A stretch of 64,000 bases of DNA from NCBI GenBank assembly GCA_044223005.1, contig JBGAML010000019.1, positions 37,501-101,500 of the forward strand, read 5' to 3'. The position numbers and the translations under genes are program-made. The stretch comes from Candidatus Eiseniibacteriota bacterium. GTDB lineage: Bacteria; Eisenbacteria; RBG-16-71-46. Every line of letters starts with the position of its first letter. The stretch's first letter is position 1. Below are positions 8,508 through 17,794 of this stretch, piece by piece. The notes under the pieces are model-generated. The model was not told the DNA's origin and did no database searches. It saw nothing but the letters and a program-made list of their open reading frames with translations.

Positions 8508-10394
8508 ATGCGGCCGTGGCTGCGGATCGTCTCGCTCATTCCCATCCTCCTTGCGTTCGTGGCGACCCCCGTGGCCGCAGGCGACGCGCGCCTCGAGCGT
8601 GCGGACCAACTCTTCTCCACCGCGCGGCGGCGATTCGCCGAGGGAACGCACGAGCAGCGCCAGTTCGCGTTCGGCGAGCTCGAGGAGGCCGCGCGGCTCG
8701 CTCCGGAGCGCCCCGAGATCGCGCTCACGCTCGCGCGGCTCGATCTCGAGGCGGGTTTCGTCGCTCGGGCGCGGCACGTCGCGCTGCACGTCGTCCGGCG
8801 GGACAGCACCTGCTCCGACGCGTGGCGCCTGCTCGGCGAGGCGGAGGCCCGCGGGTGGCTCTTGGATCCGGACCCCGACACTCGCGACCGCGCGATCGGC
8901 GACTACATGCGAGCGGCTTCGCTGGCACAACAGGACTCGCGCACGTACGCGAGGATGGTGCCGCTCCTGCTCGATGCGGGCGAACCGGTCCTCGCGCGCC
9001 AGGCGGCCGAGCTGGGATCGCAATTCGCGCGCGGTGATCCCGTGGCCGACGTGATGCGGGCCGAGGTGGAACAGGAGCAGGGCGAGCTCGTCGCCGCGGA
9101 CCGTGACTTCCGCGAAGCCATTCCCCGATTGCCGAGGGAATGGCGGGAGCACTACGACGATCTGCGCACACTGCTGCCGCCGCGTGCCGTCGAGGCATGG
9201 ACGGCGATGCGTGAATCGCGCGCGGCCTGGGCCGAGCGGTTCTGGGCGTCGGCGGACCCGGATCCGGTCACTTCGATCAACGAGGCCCGGGTCGAGTTCT
9301 GGGCGCGCGTGACGCAGGCCCTCGCATTGTACGGGCCGGGCCGTGCGGGCGTTTGGGACATGCGTGCGCAGTACCTCGTGCGGTTCGGCCGGCCGGATCA
9401 CGCCGAGCTGAATCCGGTCTCGCCGGTGACGCGCGATTGGAAGCAGGACTTCGTCCACTGGTCGTACCGCGACTTCGGGATACGACTGCCGATGGCCATC
9501 TCCGCGGCGTTGCCGAACTTCGATCGGCCACTCGGGCAACCGAGTGTGTGGGCCACGGCGTCGCGCGATTCGCTGCGCGAGCATCCCGAGTACGCGGGAC
9601 TCGCGTCGGGATGGGCCGTGTTCCACCGTCTGCCGCCGGGCACCGATCGACTCGAAACGAAGCTCGCGCTCGCGCGGTTTCCCGCGGATGGCGACGCGCG
9701 CGTGCTCGCTCAGGTCGAGGTGCCCGGCCGCTGGGAATCGCGATGGACCGCCCAGTGGGCCGTGCGCGACTCGGACGGCACCGTCGTCGACCGGCAATCG
9801 CAGCGGCTCGCGGCATCGGCCTGCCGGCCGGGCGAGGCGCGCGCGGCCGGCTTCACGACGCGGTTGCACCCCGGGCGCTACCAGGTCGGCGTCCACGTCT
9901 CGGACGGCATGAACCGCATCGGCCTCGCGACGCGCGATCTGGTGATCCCGCTGGACACGAGCGGTGTGGTGCTCTCCGACGTCGTGATCACCTGCAGCCC
10001 GCCCGAGCAGAGCGTGGGGGAGGGTCCGAGCATCCGGCTGGAACCGGAGACGGGGCTCTTCGAGGAACGCGGCGACCGGCTCGACGCGTACTTCGAGATC
10101 TCGTCGCTCTCACGCGACGATGGCGGAGTCGCGCGATTCGCGTACGCGTGCGCACTGCGTCCGCGGATCGAGGACGCCCGCGGGTGGGTCAGCCGCTGGC
10201 TCGCACCGCGCACGAACGCGACCGTGGTGCAGGTGCACCGCGAGGAGGAGTTCGCGGGCCCGGTGCGACGGCAGTTCCTCGTCATCCCGATCGCCGAGGT
10301 CCCGGCGGGCCACTGGCAACTCGAGGTGCGGGTGAAGGACCGGGTGACCGGGGAAGAAGCGATCTCGACCGTGCCATTCGATCGCGGGAGGTGA
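8508..10394 (+). CDS. Exported TPR + GWxTD-like domain protein
   Basis: Signal peptide and TPR-like helices. FWASADPDPVTSINEARVEFWARV...GVWDMRAQYLVRFGRPD resembles the GWxTD domain, followed by beta-rich C-terminal domains. Confidence 0.7.
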   Translation: MRPWLRIVSLIPILLAFVATPVAAGDARLERADQLFSTARRRFAEGTHEQRQFAFGELEEAARLAPERPEIALTLARLDLEAGFVARARHVALHVVRRDSTCSDAWRLLGEAEARGWLLDPDPDTRDRAIGDYMRAASLAQQDSRTYARMVPLLLDAGEPVLARQAAELGSQFARGDPVADVMRAEVEQEQGELVAADRDFREAIPRLPREWREHYDDLRTLLPPRAVEAWTAMRESRAAWAERFWASADPDPVTSINEARVEFWARVTQALALYGPGRAGVWDMRAQYLVRFGRPDHAELNPVSPVTRDWKQDFVHWSYRDFGIRLPMAISAALPNFDRPLGQPSVWATASRDSLREHPEYAGLASGWAVFHRLPPGTDRLETKLALARFPADGDARVLAQVEVPGRWESRWTAQWAVRDSDGTVVDRQSQRLAASACRPGEARAAGFTTRLHPGRYQVGVHVSDGMNRIGLATRDLVIPLDTSGVVLSDVVITCSPPEQSVGEGPSIRLEPETGLFEERGDRLDAYFEISSLSRDDGGVARFAYACALRPRIEDARGWVSRWLAPRTNATVVQVHREEEFAGPVRRQFLVIPIAEVPAGHWQLEVRVKDRVTGEEAISTVPFDRGR

Positions 10395-10569
10395 CCGCCG
10401 CGGAGTTTCCGCAGCGGTCGCTCGCGCCACGGCCGCGGGCGCGCTACGTTTGCGGCGCCGCACGCCACGCCGCGAGCCCGGCCGACGGAGCCATCCCCGT
10501 CCGGTCCCGCGCGCTCCCGGGAGTTGCCATGGATCGTGACGTTCCGCCGCGCGCCCACGGGCGGGCCTC

Positions 10570-11424
10570 GTGAAGCCCGGCGCCGCCACGACCGCGCCGC
10601 TCACCGCGCTCGCGCTCGCCTGCTTCGCCGCGAACTCGGTGCTCTGCCGGCTCGCGCTCGGGACCCACGCGATCGACGCCGCGGGGTTCACCGCGGTGCG
10701 GCTCGCGTCCGGTGCGCTGCTGCTCGTCGCGTTGCGCGCCGCGTCGCGCCGTGACGCCGCGCCACGCCCCGACCGGCTCTCGCCCGCGCTGCTGTTCGCG
10801 TATGCCGCGGCGTTCTCGTTCGCGTACCTCGACCTGCCCGCGGGCACCGGCGCGCTGCTGCTCTTCGGCAGCGTGCAGGCCACGATGCTGCTCGCGGCGC
10901 TGCGCGGCGGCGAGCGGTTCCGCGCGGCCGAGGGCGTCGGACTCGCGCTGGCGCTCGCGGGGCTCGCCTGGCTCGTCGCTCCCGGGCTCGCGGCGCCGTC
11001 GCCGCGCGGCTCGGCGTTGATGGTGACGGCGGGCGTCGCGTGGGGGCTCTACTCGATCCGCGGCCGCGGTACCGCGGACCCGCTCACGGCGACGGCACGC
11101 AACTTCGCGTGGGCGACGCCGCTCGCGCTCGCGGTCGCGCTGCTCGCGTGGGGGCGGGGGCACGCCTCGCCGCGTGGCCTCGCGCTCGCGATCGCGTCGG
11201 GCGCGCTCACTTCGGGGCTCGGCTACGTGACCTGGTTCGCGGCGCTGCGCGGGCTCACGGCCATCCGTGCGGCCGTCGTCCAGCTGGCGGTGCCGGCACT
11301 CGCGGCGATGGGGGGTGTCCTCGTATTGTCGGAACGCCTCACGCTCCGGCTGGTCGTCGCGGCGGTGGCGATCCTCGGCGGCGTCGCCATCGCCATCGCG
11401 AGCCACCGCCCGCGGCGGAGCTGA
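10570..11424 (+). CDS. DMT/EamA family transporter
   Basis: FAANSVLCRLAL, FTAVRLASGA, GTGALLLFGSVQ and ASGALTSGLGY; about 10 TM segments. Confidence 0.9.
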   Translation: MKPGAATTAPLTALALACFAANSVLCRLALGTHAIDAAGFTAVRLASGALLLVALRAASRRDAAPRPDRLSPALLFAYAAAFSFAYLDLPAGTGALLLFGSVQATMLLAALRGGERFRAAEGVGLALALAGLAWLVAPGLAAPSPRGSALMVTAGVAWGLYSIRGRGTADPLTATARNFAWATPLALAVALLAWGRGHASPRGLALAIASGALTSGLGYVTWFAALRGLTAIRAAVVQLAVPALAAMGGVLVLSERLTLRLVVAAVAILGGVAIAIASHRPRRS

Positions 11425-11487
11425 GCCAGGGGCCCGATTCGGTATTGACCGGGCGCTCTCGCCTGGGGGAGGCTCGGCAACCTGGAC

Positions 11488-14160
11488 ATGCGCCTCGCCC
11501 TTCGGCATTCGTTCCGGTCTGTGCTGGTCACCGGCCTGCTCGCAGCCGTTCCGGGATCCGCCGGGGCGGCGGCGAAGAGTCCGATCGACCTGCCGGTCTT
11601 CGCGCGCATCGATCGCCAGTACCAGTCCGGCGCGGTGGCCGCGGGTCTGGGCCGGGCGGACACCGTGTTGACGGCGGCGAGGGCCGCGCGCGATGCGCGG
11701 CTCGAATCGGCGGCGCTCGTCTACCGCGCGATCGGGCTCAACTGGAGCCGGGACTACCGCGGTGCGCTCGCACTGGTCGACGCCCGCATGCCGACCCTGC
11801 GCGCGCAGCGCGACGGCGGTGTGCTGGCGACGGCGCAGCTCACCCGAGGCTACGCGCTGGACCTGCTCGGGCGCCCCGACGAAGCGGCGACGGCGTTCAC
11901 ACGCGCGGCCACGCTCGCTGCGGCCGCCGGGCGCGAGCGGGAAGTTGCGTACGCGCGGCTGCGCCTGGGTTTCCACTGGCTGCAGATGGGGCGGGCTTCC
12001 GACGCTGCCCGGGAGTACCGGTTCGCATTGGCGGCCGCCACGGCCCCGGCACTCGCGGGGGTCTCCGCGACCGCACACGTCGGGCTCGGCAACGCGCTCA
12101 GCGAACAGGGCGACGTGGCCGGCGCGCAGCGCGAATACTACGCGGCCATCAGCCGGTCGCGCGCGGCCGGCGATCTCGTCGACGAAGCGGATGCGCTCTT
12201 CAACCTGGGTACCCTGCAGTTCGTATCCGGGGACGAGTCGAAATGTCTTCCCCTCCTTCGGGGCGCGCGCGAACTCTATCGTCGATTGCGGCGCCCGGAA
12301 AAGCTGGTGAGCGCCGCGCGCACCCTGGCGATCGCGGAGCTCTCGCTGGGTCATGGGAACGTGGCGGATTCGCTGCTCGAGGCGACGCGGCGCGAGCTCG
12401 GGAACAACATCGACCCGGCATCGCGCGGGCGCCTGTTGGCGCAGCAGGGAGTCACGCGGCTCCAGCTGGGTCGCGTCTCGGAAGCCCGCGCCGCCGTCCG
12501 TCAGGCCCTTCGGTTCGCGGACTCGGCCTCGGTTTCGGTGCGGTGCGAGATCGCGTTCGCCGCGTCCAACGTCTTCGGGTCCAGCGGATCTCCGGATTCG
12601 GCCCTGGCGATCGTCGAGGCCCAGCTCGCGCTTCCGGAGGTTCAACGCTCGGGTCGGCCGAGGCGCCAGATGGAACTCGCGCGCGCGGGCGATCTCGCCG
12701 GACTCGGGCGCGTCAAGGAAAGCGCCGACGCGTTGCGAGCGTGCCTCGCGAGCGACGACGCGGTGGGGTTTCGGACGGTCGGAATGGCCGGCATCGCGGC
12801 CGCGCTCGGGCGGGTGCAGCGTACCCTCGGTCACCCCGACAGTGCGGCCACCTACTTCGAGATCGCCCTGGATCGCTGGGAGGCGGGACGCCAGACGGCG
12901 ACCGGGCCCGATTGGCGCGAGGCGCTCGATACCGAGGCGGTCGCGCTCGCGTTCGACTACGTCGGGCTGCTGCTGGCGGAACCGAGCTTCGGGACGCGAA
13001 CCGCGCGGGTCGGCCGGGCATTCGACGTCGTGCAGCGTTTTCGTTCGCGCGCGCTCATGGACCGGCGGACGGCGCGTGCGGGCCCCCGCGCCCCGATCGG
13101 TTGCGGGGAGTTCCGCCGGAAGACGCTGCGACCCGGCGAAGTCTTCCTGGAGATCCTGCACACAGCCGATTCCAGCTACGTGTTCGCGATCAGTCGCGAT
13201 TCGGTTTCCGCCTGGGGAGGGCCCGGGAGGAACGTGTTCTTCGACCGGATGCTCCGTCTTCGCGCGGCACTCGCGGGCGCGAACGGGCGCGACGTCCTGG
13301 TCGGCCTTTCCGCCGGCACCGAACTGGGACGGTCCCTGCTCGGGCCCGGTGCGCGACGGATCGCCCAAGCGCACACCGTGATCGTCAGCGCGGGTGGGTC
13401 CAACAACCTTCCCTGGGGCGCGCTCGTGCTTCCGGGGGAGACCGAGCCGCTGACGCAGGGCCACGTGATGTCGACATGCCCTTCGGCCACGCTGCTCGAC
13501 GAACTCCGGCACGATGCCGGGGCCGGCCGCGGCACGCTCGTCGCCGCCTGTGCGCACGATGCCGACGAGCGGTCTCTGCCGGGCGTCATCCGCGAGGCAC
13601 GCTCGATCGTCGGAGTGTGGTCCGGCGCACGGCTGATCCGCGATCGGCAGATCGGCGGGGGAGCGGGCCTGCTCGCGCGCGCGAGGGACGCGGACATCGT
13701 GCACATCGCGGCCCATGCGCGCTCCGACAACTACCAGGGCTGGACGCAAGCGCTGCTGGTGGGGGATCCGAACCGCGAATCGGACTGGCTGGATGCCATG
13801 GCCGTGGCGAAGTCACACACGCGCGCCCGGCTCTGCGTGCTTTCGGCGTGCGGCTCGATCGGTTCCAAATGGGGCGAGTCCGTTCATGGTCTCGCGGCCG
13901 CCTGGTTGATCGCCGGCGCTCGCTGTGTCGTCGCGACGCAATGGAGCATCGACGACGAGTCCACTCCCGAGCTCATGACCCGCTTCCACCGGGGAATGGC
14001 CGCGGGCCTGACGGCCGGCGAGGCCCTGCGCCGGGCGCAGGGCGAAATGCGAGCGATTCCGCGGTATGCTGGCCCGGCACACTGGGCGGGCGTCGTGTTG
14101 GTCGGCGACCCGGCCGTCCGGGTGGCTGCTCCGCGCGTGGCCGCGGCCGGCCGCCCCTGA
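11488..14160 (+). CDS. Exported TPR-CHAT (caspase-like) protease
   Basis: Signal-peptide-like N-terminus and TPR repeats. CHAT motifs LPWGAL, LPGVIREA, IVHIAAHA (His), LCVLSACGS (Cys), VVATQWSIDD, ALRRAQ and PAHWAG. Confidence 0.88.
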   Translation: MRLALRHSFRSVLVTGLLAAVPGSAGAAAKSPIDLPVFARIDRQYQSGAVAAGLGRADTVLTAARAARDARLESAALVYRAIGLNWSRDYRGALALVDARMPTLRAQRDGGVLATAQLTRGYALDLLGRPDEAATAFTRAATLAAAAGREREVAYARLRLGFHWLQMGRASDAAREYRFALAAATAPALAGVSATAHVGLGNALSEQGDVAGAQREYYAAISRSRAAGDLVDEADALFNLGTLQFVSGDESKCLPLLRGARELYRRLRRPEKLVSAARTLAIAELSLGHGNVADSLLEATRRELGNNIDPASRGRLLAQQGVTRLQLGRVSEARAAVRQALRFADSASVSVRCEIAFAASNVFGSSGSPDSALAIVEAQLALPEVQRSGRPRRQMELARAGDLAGLGRVKESADALRACLASDDAVGFRTVGMAGIAAALGRVQRTLGHPDSAATYFEIALDRWEAGRQTATGPDWREALDTEAVALAFDYVGLLLAEPSFGTRTARVGRAFDVVQRFRSRALMDRRTARAGPRAPIGCGEFRRKTLRPGEVFLEILHTADSSYVFAISRDSVSAWGGPGRNVFFDRMLRLRAALAGANGRDVLVGLSAGTELGRSLLGPGARRIAQAHTVIVSAGGSNNLPWGALVLPGETEPLTQGHVMSTCPSATLLDELRHDAGAGRGTLVAACAHDADERSLPGVIREARSIVGVWSGARLIRDRQIGGGAGLLARARDADIVHIAAHARSDNYQGWTQALLVGDPNRESDWLDAMAVAKSHTRARLCVLSACGSIGSKWGESVHGLAAAWLIAGARCVVATQWSIDDESTPELMTRFHRGMAAGLTAGEALRRAQGEMRAIPRYAGPAHWAGVVLVGDPAVRVAAPRVAAAGRP

Positions 14161-14202
14161 GATTCGTCCTGCCCCGTGACGCGGGCGCCTTCCGGGGATT
14201 CC

Positions 14203-14808
14203 ATGGTCGAGAGCACGCCGAACGGGGAAGTCCCGGACGAGGAACTGGTCGCCCAGTTCCAGGCCGACCCGCGCGGGGTGCGAGGTCTCGGGGCGCTCGA
14301 CCGGCTGGTCGAGCGCTGGCGGGGCCGGGTGTACCTGTGGGCGTACCGCACGCTCGGGGAACGGGAGGCGTCGCTCGACGCGGCGCAGGATGCGCTGCTG
14401 CAGATGATGCAGGCGCTGCCGCGTTACCAGTCGCAGGGCCGGTTCTCGGCCTGGCTCTTCACGATCGTGCGCAACCGCTGCCTGAAGAGCGTGCGCCGGC
14501 GGAAGCTGGTTCGTGATCCGGAAGTCGACTTGGATTCGCTGCTCGCCGACGCCAAGGCCCCGGACGACGCGCTCGAGACGGATCGCGAACGCGAGCGGCT
14601 GTTCCGCCTCATGAACGAGGTGCTCGAACCCACGGAGCGAGCGGCGGTCTGGATGCGCGCCTTCGAGGAGGTCAGCGTGGAAGACATCACGAAGATGCTC
14701 GACATCGCCGGCGCATCGGGAGCGCGCGGCGTCCTGCAGTCCGCGCGCCGCAAGCTGCGCGCGGCGTTCGCGCGCACGGACGAAGCCCCGCCCGGGAGGA
14801 GCGCATGA
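14203..14808 (+). CDS. ECF RNA polymerase sigma factor (sigma70 group 4)
   Basis: PDEELV, DAAQDALL and FSAWLFTIVRNRC (region 2); SVEDITKML...LQSARRKLR (region 4). An alternative GTG start lies at 14176. Confidence 0.9.
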   Translation: MVESTPNGEVPDEELVAQFQADPRGVRGLGALDRLVERWRGRVYLWAYRTLGEREASLDAAQDALLQMMQALPRYQSQGRFSAWLFTIVRNRCLKSVRRRKLVRDPEVDLDSLLADAKAPDDALETDRERERLFRLMNEVLEPTERAAVWMRAFEEVSVEDITKMLDIAGASGARGVLQSARRKLRAAFARTDEAPPGRSA

Positions 14809-15473
14809 GCCCCGAGCCCTGGACTCCCGAGGAGTTCGCACGCCTGATGGCGCTGCCCGAGGGCCACCCCGAGCGCGAACGCGCGAAGGCCTCGCCCGCG
14901 TTCGAGGCGTGGTGCCGCATGCACGAGGTGTTCTCCGCGCCCACGCCCACCGCGGCCGAAACCGCCGAACTCGCGGCCACCGACGCGGAGCTCGCGCGCC
15001 GGCTCGCCGCGGCGCGCCCGGCGCCGGCGGAGGTGCGATCGCTCGTGCGCGAACGCGCGGCCCGGCGCGGGTGGGACGCGCCGGCGATTCGTTTCGCCGT
15101 CGCGGCCGCGCTCCTGGTGGTCGTCGGCACCACCGCCTGGCTCGGAACGCAAGGGCCCGGCGATCGCCGCCTGCGCGGCGACGGCCAGCAGCCGGGTGCG
15201 TTCGAACTGGCGGTCCCGCGCCTCACTTCCGAGGGCGAAGTCCTGGAGTGGGCCCCGTCCGCCAGGGCCGAGAGCTACCGCATCGTCTTCTACGGTCACG
15301 CACTCGAGGAGATCGCCCACGTGGACGTCGCGAGCGGCACGCGTTACGTCCTGCGCCCGGGTGCGCTCGTGCCGGGCCTGGTCGCGGGGGACACCGTGCG
15401 AGCGGTCGTGCAGGCCGTGCATGCGGAGGCGGTGCTCGAGACGAGCCCGATGCGCGAGTTGCGCGTCCCCTGA
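14805..15473 (+). CDS. Putative single-pass anti-sigma factor
   Basis: ATGA overlap with the sigma stop. About 95-aa helical N-terminus, one TM (IRFAVAAALLVVVGTTAWL), an RRLRGDG linker and an FN3/Ig-like C-terminal part (LEWAP...YRIVFY). Confidence 0.7.
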   Translation: MSPEPWTPEEFARLMALPEGHPERERAKASPAFEAWCRMHEVFSAPTPTAAETAELAATDAELARRLAAARPAPAEVRSLVRERAARRGWDAPAIRFAVAAALLVVVGTTAWLGTQGPGDRRLRGDGQQPGAFELAVPRLTSEGEVLEWAPSARAESYRIVFYGHALEEIAHVDVASGTRYVLRPGALVPGLVAGDTVRAVVQAVHAEAVLETSPMRELRVP

Positions 15474-15596
15474 CGTGGCGGCTGCGACCGCAACTCGCGG
15501 CGCGACGTCGGCGTATGTGATTCGCCGCCGCGCGGTGCGTTTCATGGAATGACGTCCCACGCACCCGTCGCGGGCCGCGACCCACCGGAGGCCACC

Positions 15597-16169
15597 ATGA
15601 AAAAATTGCTCACCCTGTTCGCACTCTTCACTCTCGCCGCGGCCGGACCGGTTCTCGCCCGGCCCGTCGCCCCCGGCGGGCACGAGATCCTGCGGCTCGC
15701 ACGGTCGGCGATCGTGGTGCCCGCGCAGTGGGACGGAATCTGGACGACCCTGGATTCGACCTACACGTGCGAGGGCGCATTCGACGAGACGAGCACCGGC
15801 AGCGACACGATCTGCGGGGGCAAGGACTACGACTACGGCGCCGCCGACACCGGGTTCACGCTCAACTGCACCGGCAGTGCGACCGCGACGACGTTCGACA
15901 TGACGTGTTCGGGTTCGGGAAACGTGTTCACCGACTGCGATGCGAACTACCAGATGGTCGTGCACGGCACGTTGTCGGGCAGCTCGTACCATGTCGTGAG
16001 CACCTTCTCGATATCGTACGTCGGCACGGGAACGGGTTGCGAGTTCCTGCCCGCCACCTGCTTCCAGACCAACAGCTGGGGGACGCGGGTCGCTCCTGCT
16101 CCACCGAGCTATTGCGCGACACCGGTCCGGAGTTCGACCTGGGGCCAGCTCAAGTCGATCTACCGTTGA
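15597..16169 (+). CDS. Secreted Cys/Thr-rich hypothetical protein with C-terminal TPVRSSTWGQLKSIYR tail
   Basis: GGAGG RBS before the ATG. Signal peptide MKKLLTLFALFTLAAAGPVLA; eight Cys. Confidence 0.8.
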   Translation: MKKLLTLFALFTLAAAGPVLARPVAPGGHEILRLARSAIVVPAQWDGIWTTLDSTYTCEGAFDETSTGSDTICGGKDYDYGAADTGFTLNCTGSATATTFDMTCSGSGNVFTDCDANYQMVVHGTLSGSSYHVVSTFSISYVGTGTGCEFLPATCFQTNSWGTRVAPAPPSYCATPVRSSTWGQLKSIYR

Positions 16170-16193
16170 GTCGCCGGGGGGCGTCGGAATAGA

Positions 16194-16222
16194 GAAGGCG
16201 GGCCGCGTCGCGGCCCGCCTTC
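16194..16222 (+). terminator. Hairpin closing the CHAT-sigma locus
   Basis: GAAGGCGGGCCGC-GTC-GCGGCCCGCCTTC is a perfect 13-bp inverted repeat 24 nt after the stop. Confidence 0.6.
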
Positions 16223-16514
16223 ATCGTTGACCGCCGCGTGCCGTTCCGTCGCGGGCGGCCCGCTGTCGCGTGCCATCGTGTCGCACCACGCGATCGGCGG
16301 CGCGATCTGATCCTCACGCATCGCGCCAATGCGTTGTGTTCGAACGCGGGTTCTCGCGACGACGCCCCCGCGGGCGTGGCACGACGATTGCCCCCGCGTT
16401 CGCGGCCGCGATCCCCTCCGCACACCGGCGCTCCCTCCCGGACACTCGATCCGCATCGGCTCGCGAGAGCCGTGACGCGTTACGTGCATGCCGCGTGCAC
16501 GGCAGGGATGCCTC

Positions 16515-17183
16515 ATGCCTCGACTTCACCGTTCCCGCGCCGCGGCGCTCGGCCCCGCGCTCGCGCTCGGATGCGCGCTGCTCGCACCCCATGTGTCCCG
16601 TGCCGGAGCCATGCTCTACTGGACTGCGCCCGGCGACGACGGCAGTCTCGGTACCGCCGCGCGCTACGACATCCGGCGCTCGACGCAGCCGCTCACGGCG
16701 GCGAACTTCGCCCTCGGCGACACGGTCGCCGGCGTGCCCGCGCCTGCGGTCGCCGGGACGGCCCAGTCCTGCGCGGTCGCGCTGCCGTCGCCGGGCGTCA
16801 CCTACTACTTCGCGATGCGGACGGTCGACGAGTGCGGAAACTGGTCCGTCCTCTCGAACGTCGTTTCGCGTTCGAGCGGGACGGCGGGCGTCGACGCCAG
16901 TCCGCTCGCGGGCGCTCGGTTCGACCCGCCGTGGCCGAATCCCGCGGCCGGCGTGGTGCGCCTGCCGTTCGCGCTGTCCGCCACCGGTGACGTGCGCATG
17001 GAGATCTTCGATGCCGCCGGGCGCCGGGTCCGCGTGCTGCGATCGCAGCGCGCGCTCGCGGGCGCAGGCGAGATCACGTGGGACCGTCGCGATGCCCGCG
17101 GCGTACCCGTCGCCCGCGGCACGTACTTCGTGCGGGCCGATCTCGGTGGCGAGTTCCGCGTCCGGCCGGTCACGGTGAACTGA
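16515..17183 (+). CDS. Small secreted FN3-like protein with FlgD-Ig/T9SS-like C-terminal domain
   Basis: Signal peptide; LYWTAPGDDG...YDIRRS...TYYFAMRTVDECGNWS. Tail PWPNP...IFDAAGRRVRVL...WDRRDARGVPVARGTYFVR. Confidence 0.8.
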   Translation: MPRLHRSRAAALGPALALGCALLAPHVSRAGAMLYWTAPGDDGSLGTAARYDIRRSTQPLTAANFALGDTVAGVPAPAVAGTAQSCAVALPSPGVTYYFAMRTVDECGNWSVLSNVVSRSSGTAGVDASPLAGARFDPPWPNPAAGVVRLPFALSATGDVRMEIFDAAGRRVRVLRSQRALAGAGEITWDRRDARGVPVARGTYFVRADLGGEFRVRPVTVN

Positions 17184-17287
17184 CCGGCGGACCATTCCGA
17201 TCGCGGGATTGCGGGGAGGCGCGGCGGTCACGATTCCGCACCCGGCCGCGCTTGCGGCCGGGACGGCACTCGCGCAGATTCGCGCGC

Positions 17288-17749
17288 ATGGCCATCCACA
17301 TCCGTCCCGACGACCTCAGCGGCACCGCCGTCCGCCAGTTGCTCGCGCAGCACCTGCAGGGCATGACCCTGCACTCGCCGCCGGAGAGCATCCACGCACT
17401 CGACGTGGAAGGACTGCGGCACCCGAGCGTGACCTTCTGGTCGGCGTGGGACGGCGAGGAACTCCTGGGCTGCGGCGCGCTCAAGGAACTGGATCCGACC
17501 CACGCGGAGATCAAGTCCATGCGCACCTCGCCCGCGCACCTGCGCCAGGGGGTCGCGCGCGCCATGCTCGAGCACATCCTCGCCGAGGCCGCGCGGCGCG
17601 GCTACGGCCGCATCAGCCTCGAGACGGGCTCCGCCGCGGCCTTCGAGCCCGCGCGGCGACTGTACGCCGCGTTCGGCTTCGCGCCCTGTGGCCCGTTTCC
17701 GCCCTACGTCGAGGACCCCTACAGCGTGTTCATGACCCGGGTGCCCTGA
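17288..17749 (+). CDS. GNAT N-acetyltransferase (YsnE/YedL-like)
   Basis: SPPESIHALD, LLGCGALKEL, EIKSMRT, LRQGVA, ISLETGS and ARRLY...FGF. Confidence 0.9.
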   Translation: MAIHIRPDDLSGTAVRQLLAQHLQGMTLHSPPESIHALDVEGLRHPSVTFWSAWDGEELLGCGALKELDPTHAEIKSMRTSPAHLRQGVARAMLEHILAEAARRGYGRISLETGSAAAFEPARRLYAAFGFAPCGPFPPYVEDPYSVFMTRVP

Positions 17750-17794
17750 CGTCCGAGTGCGTCGCCCGGCGGTGCCCGGGTGGCGTCCGGCGAA

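Noticed and set aside
11488..15473. CRISPR type III-E (Csx29/Csx30/sigma) locus
   Set aside because: There are no cas genes or repeat-spacer array in the window, and the CHAT carries a signal peptide. It is used as an analogy only.
14158..15543. TG(A/T)GATTCG upstream of both the sigma gene (14158) and the WGxLK gene (15516) as a shared ECF -35
   Set aside because: Only the second copy has a CGT -10 at matching spacing (the first has CGC), and the first overlaps a stop codon. Too weak to call.
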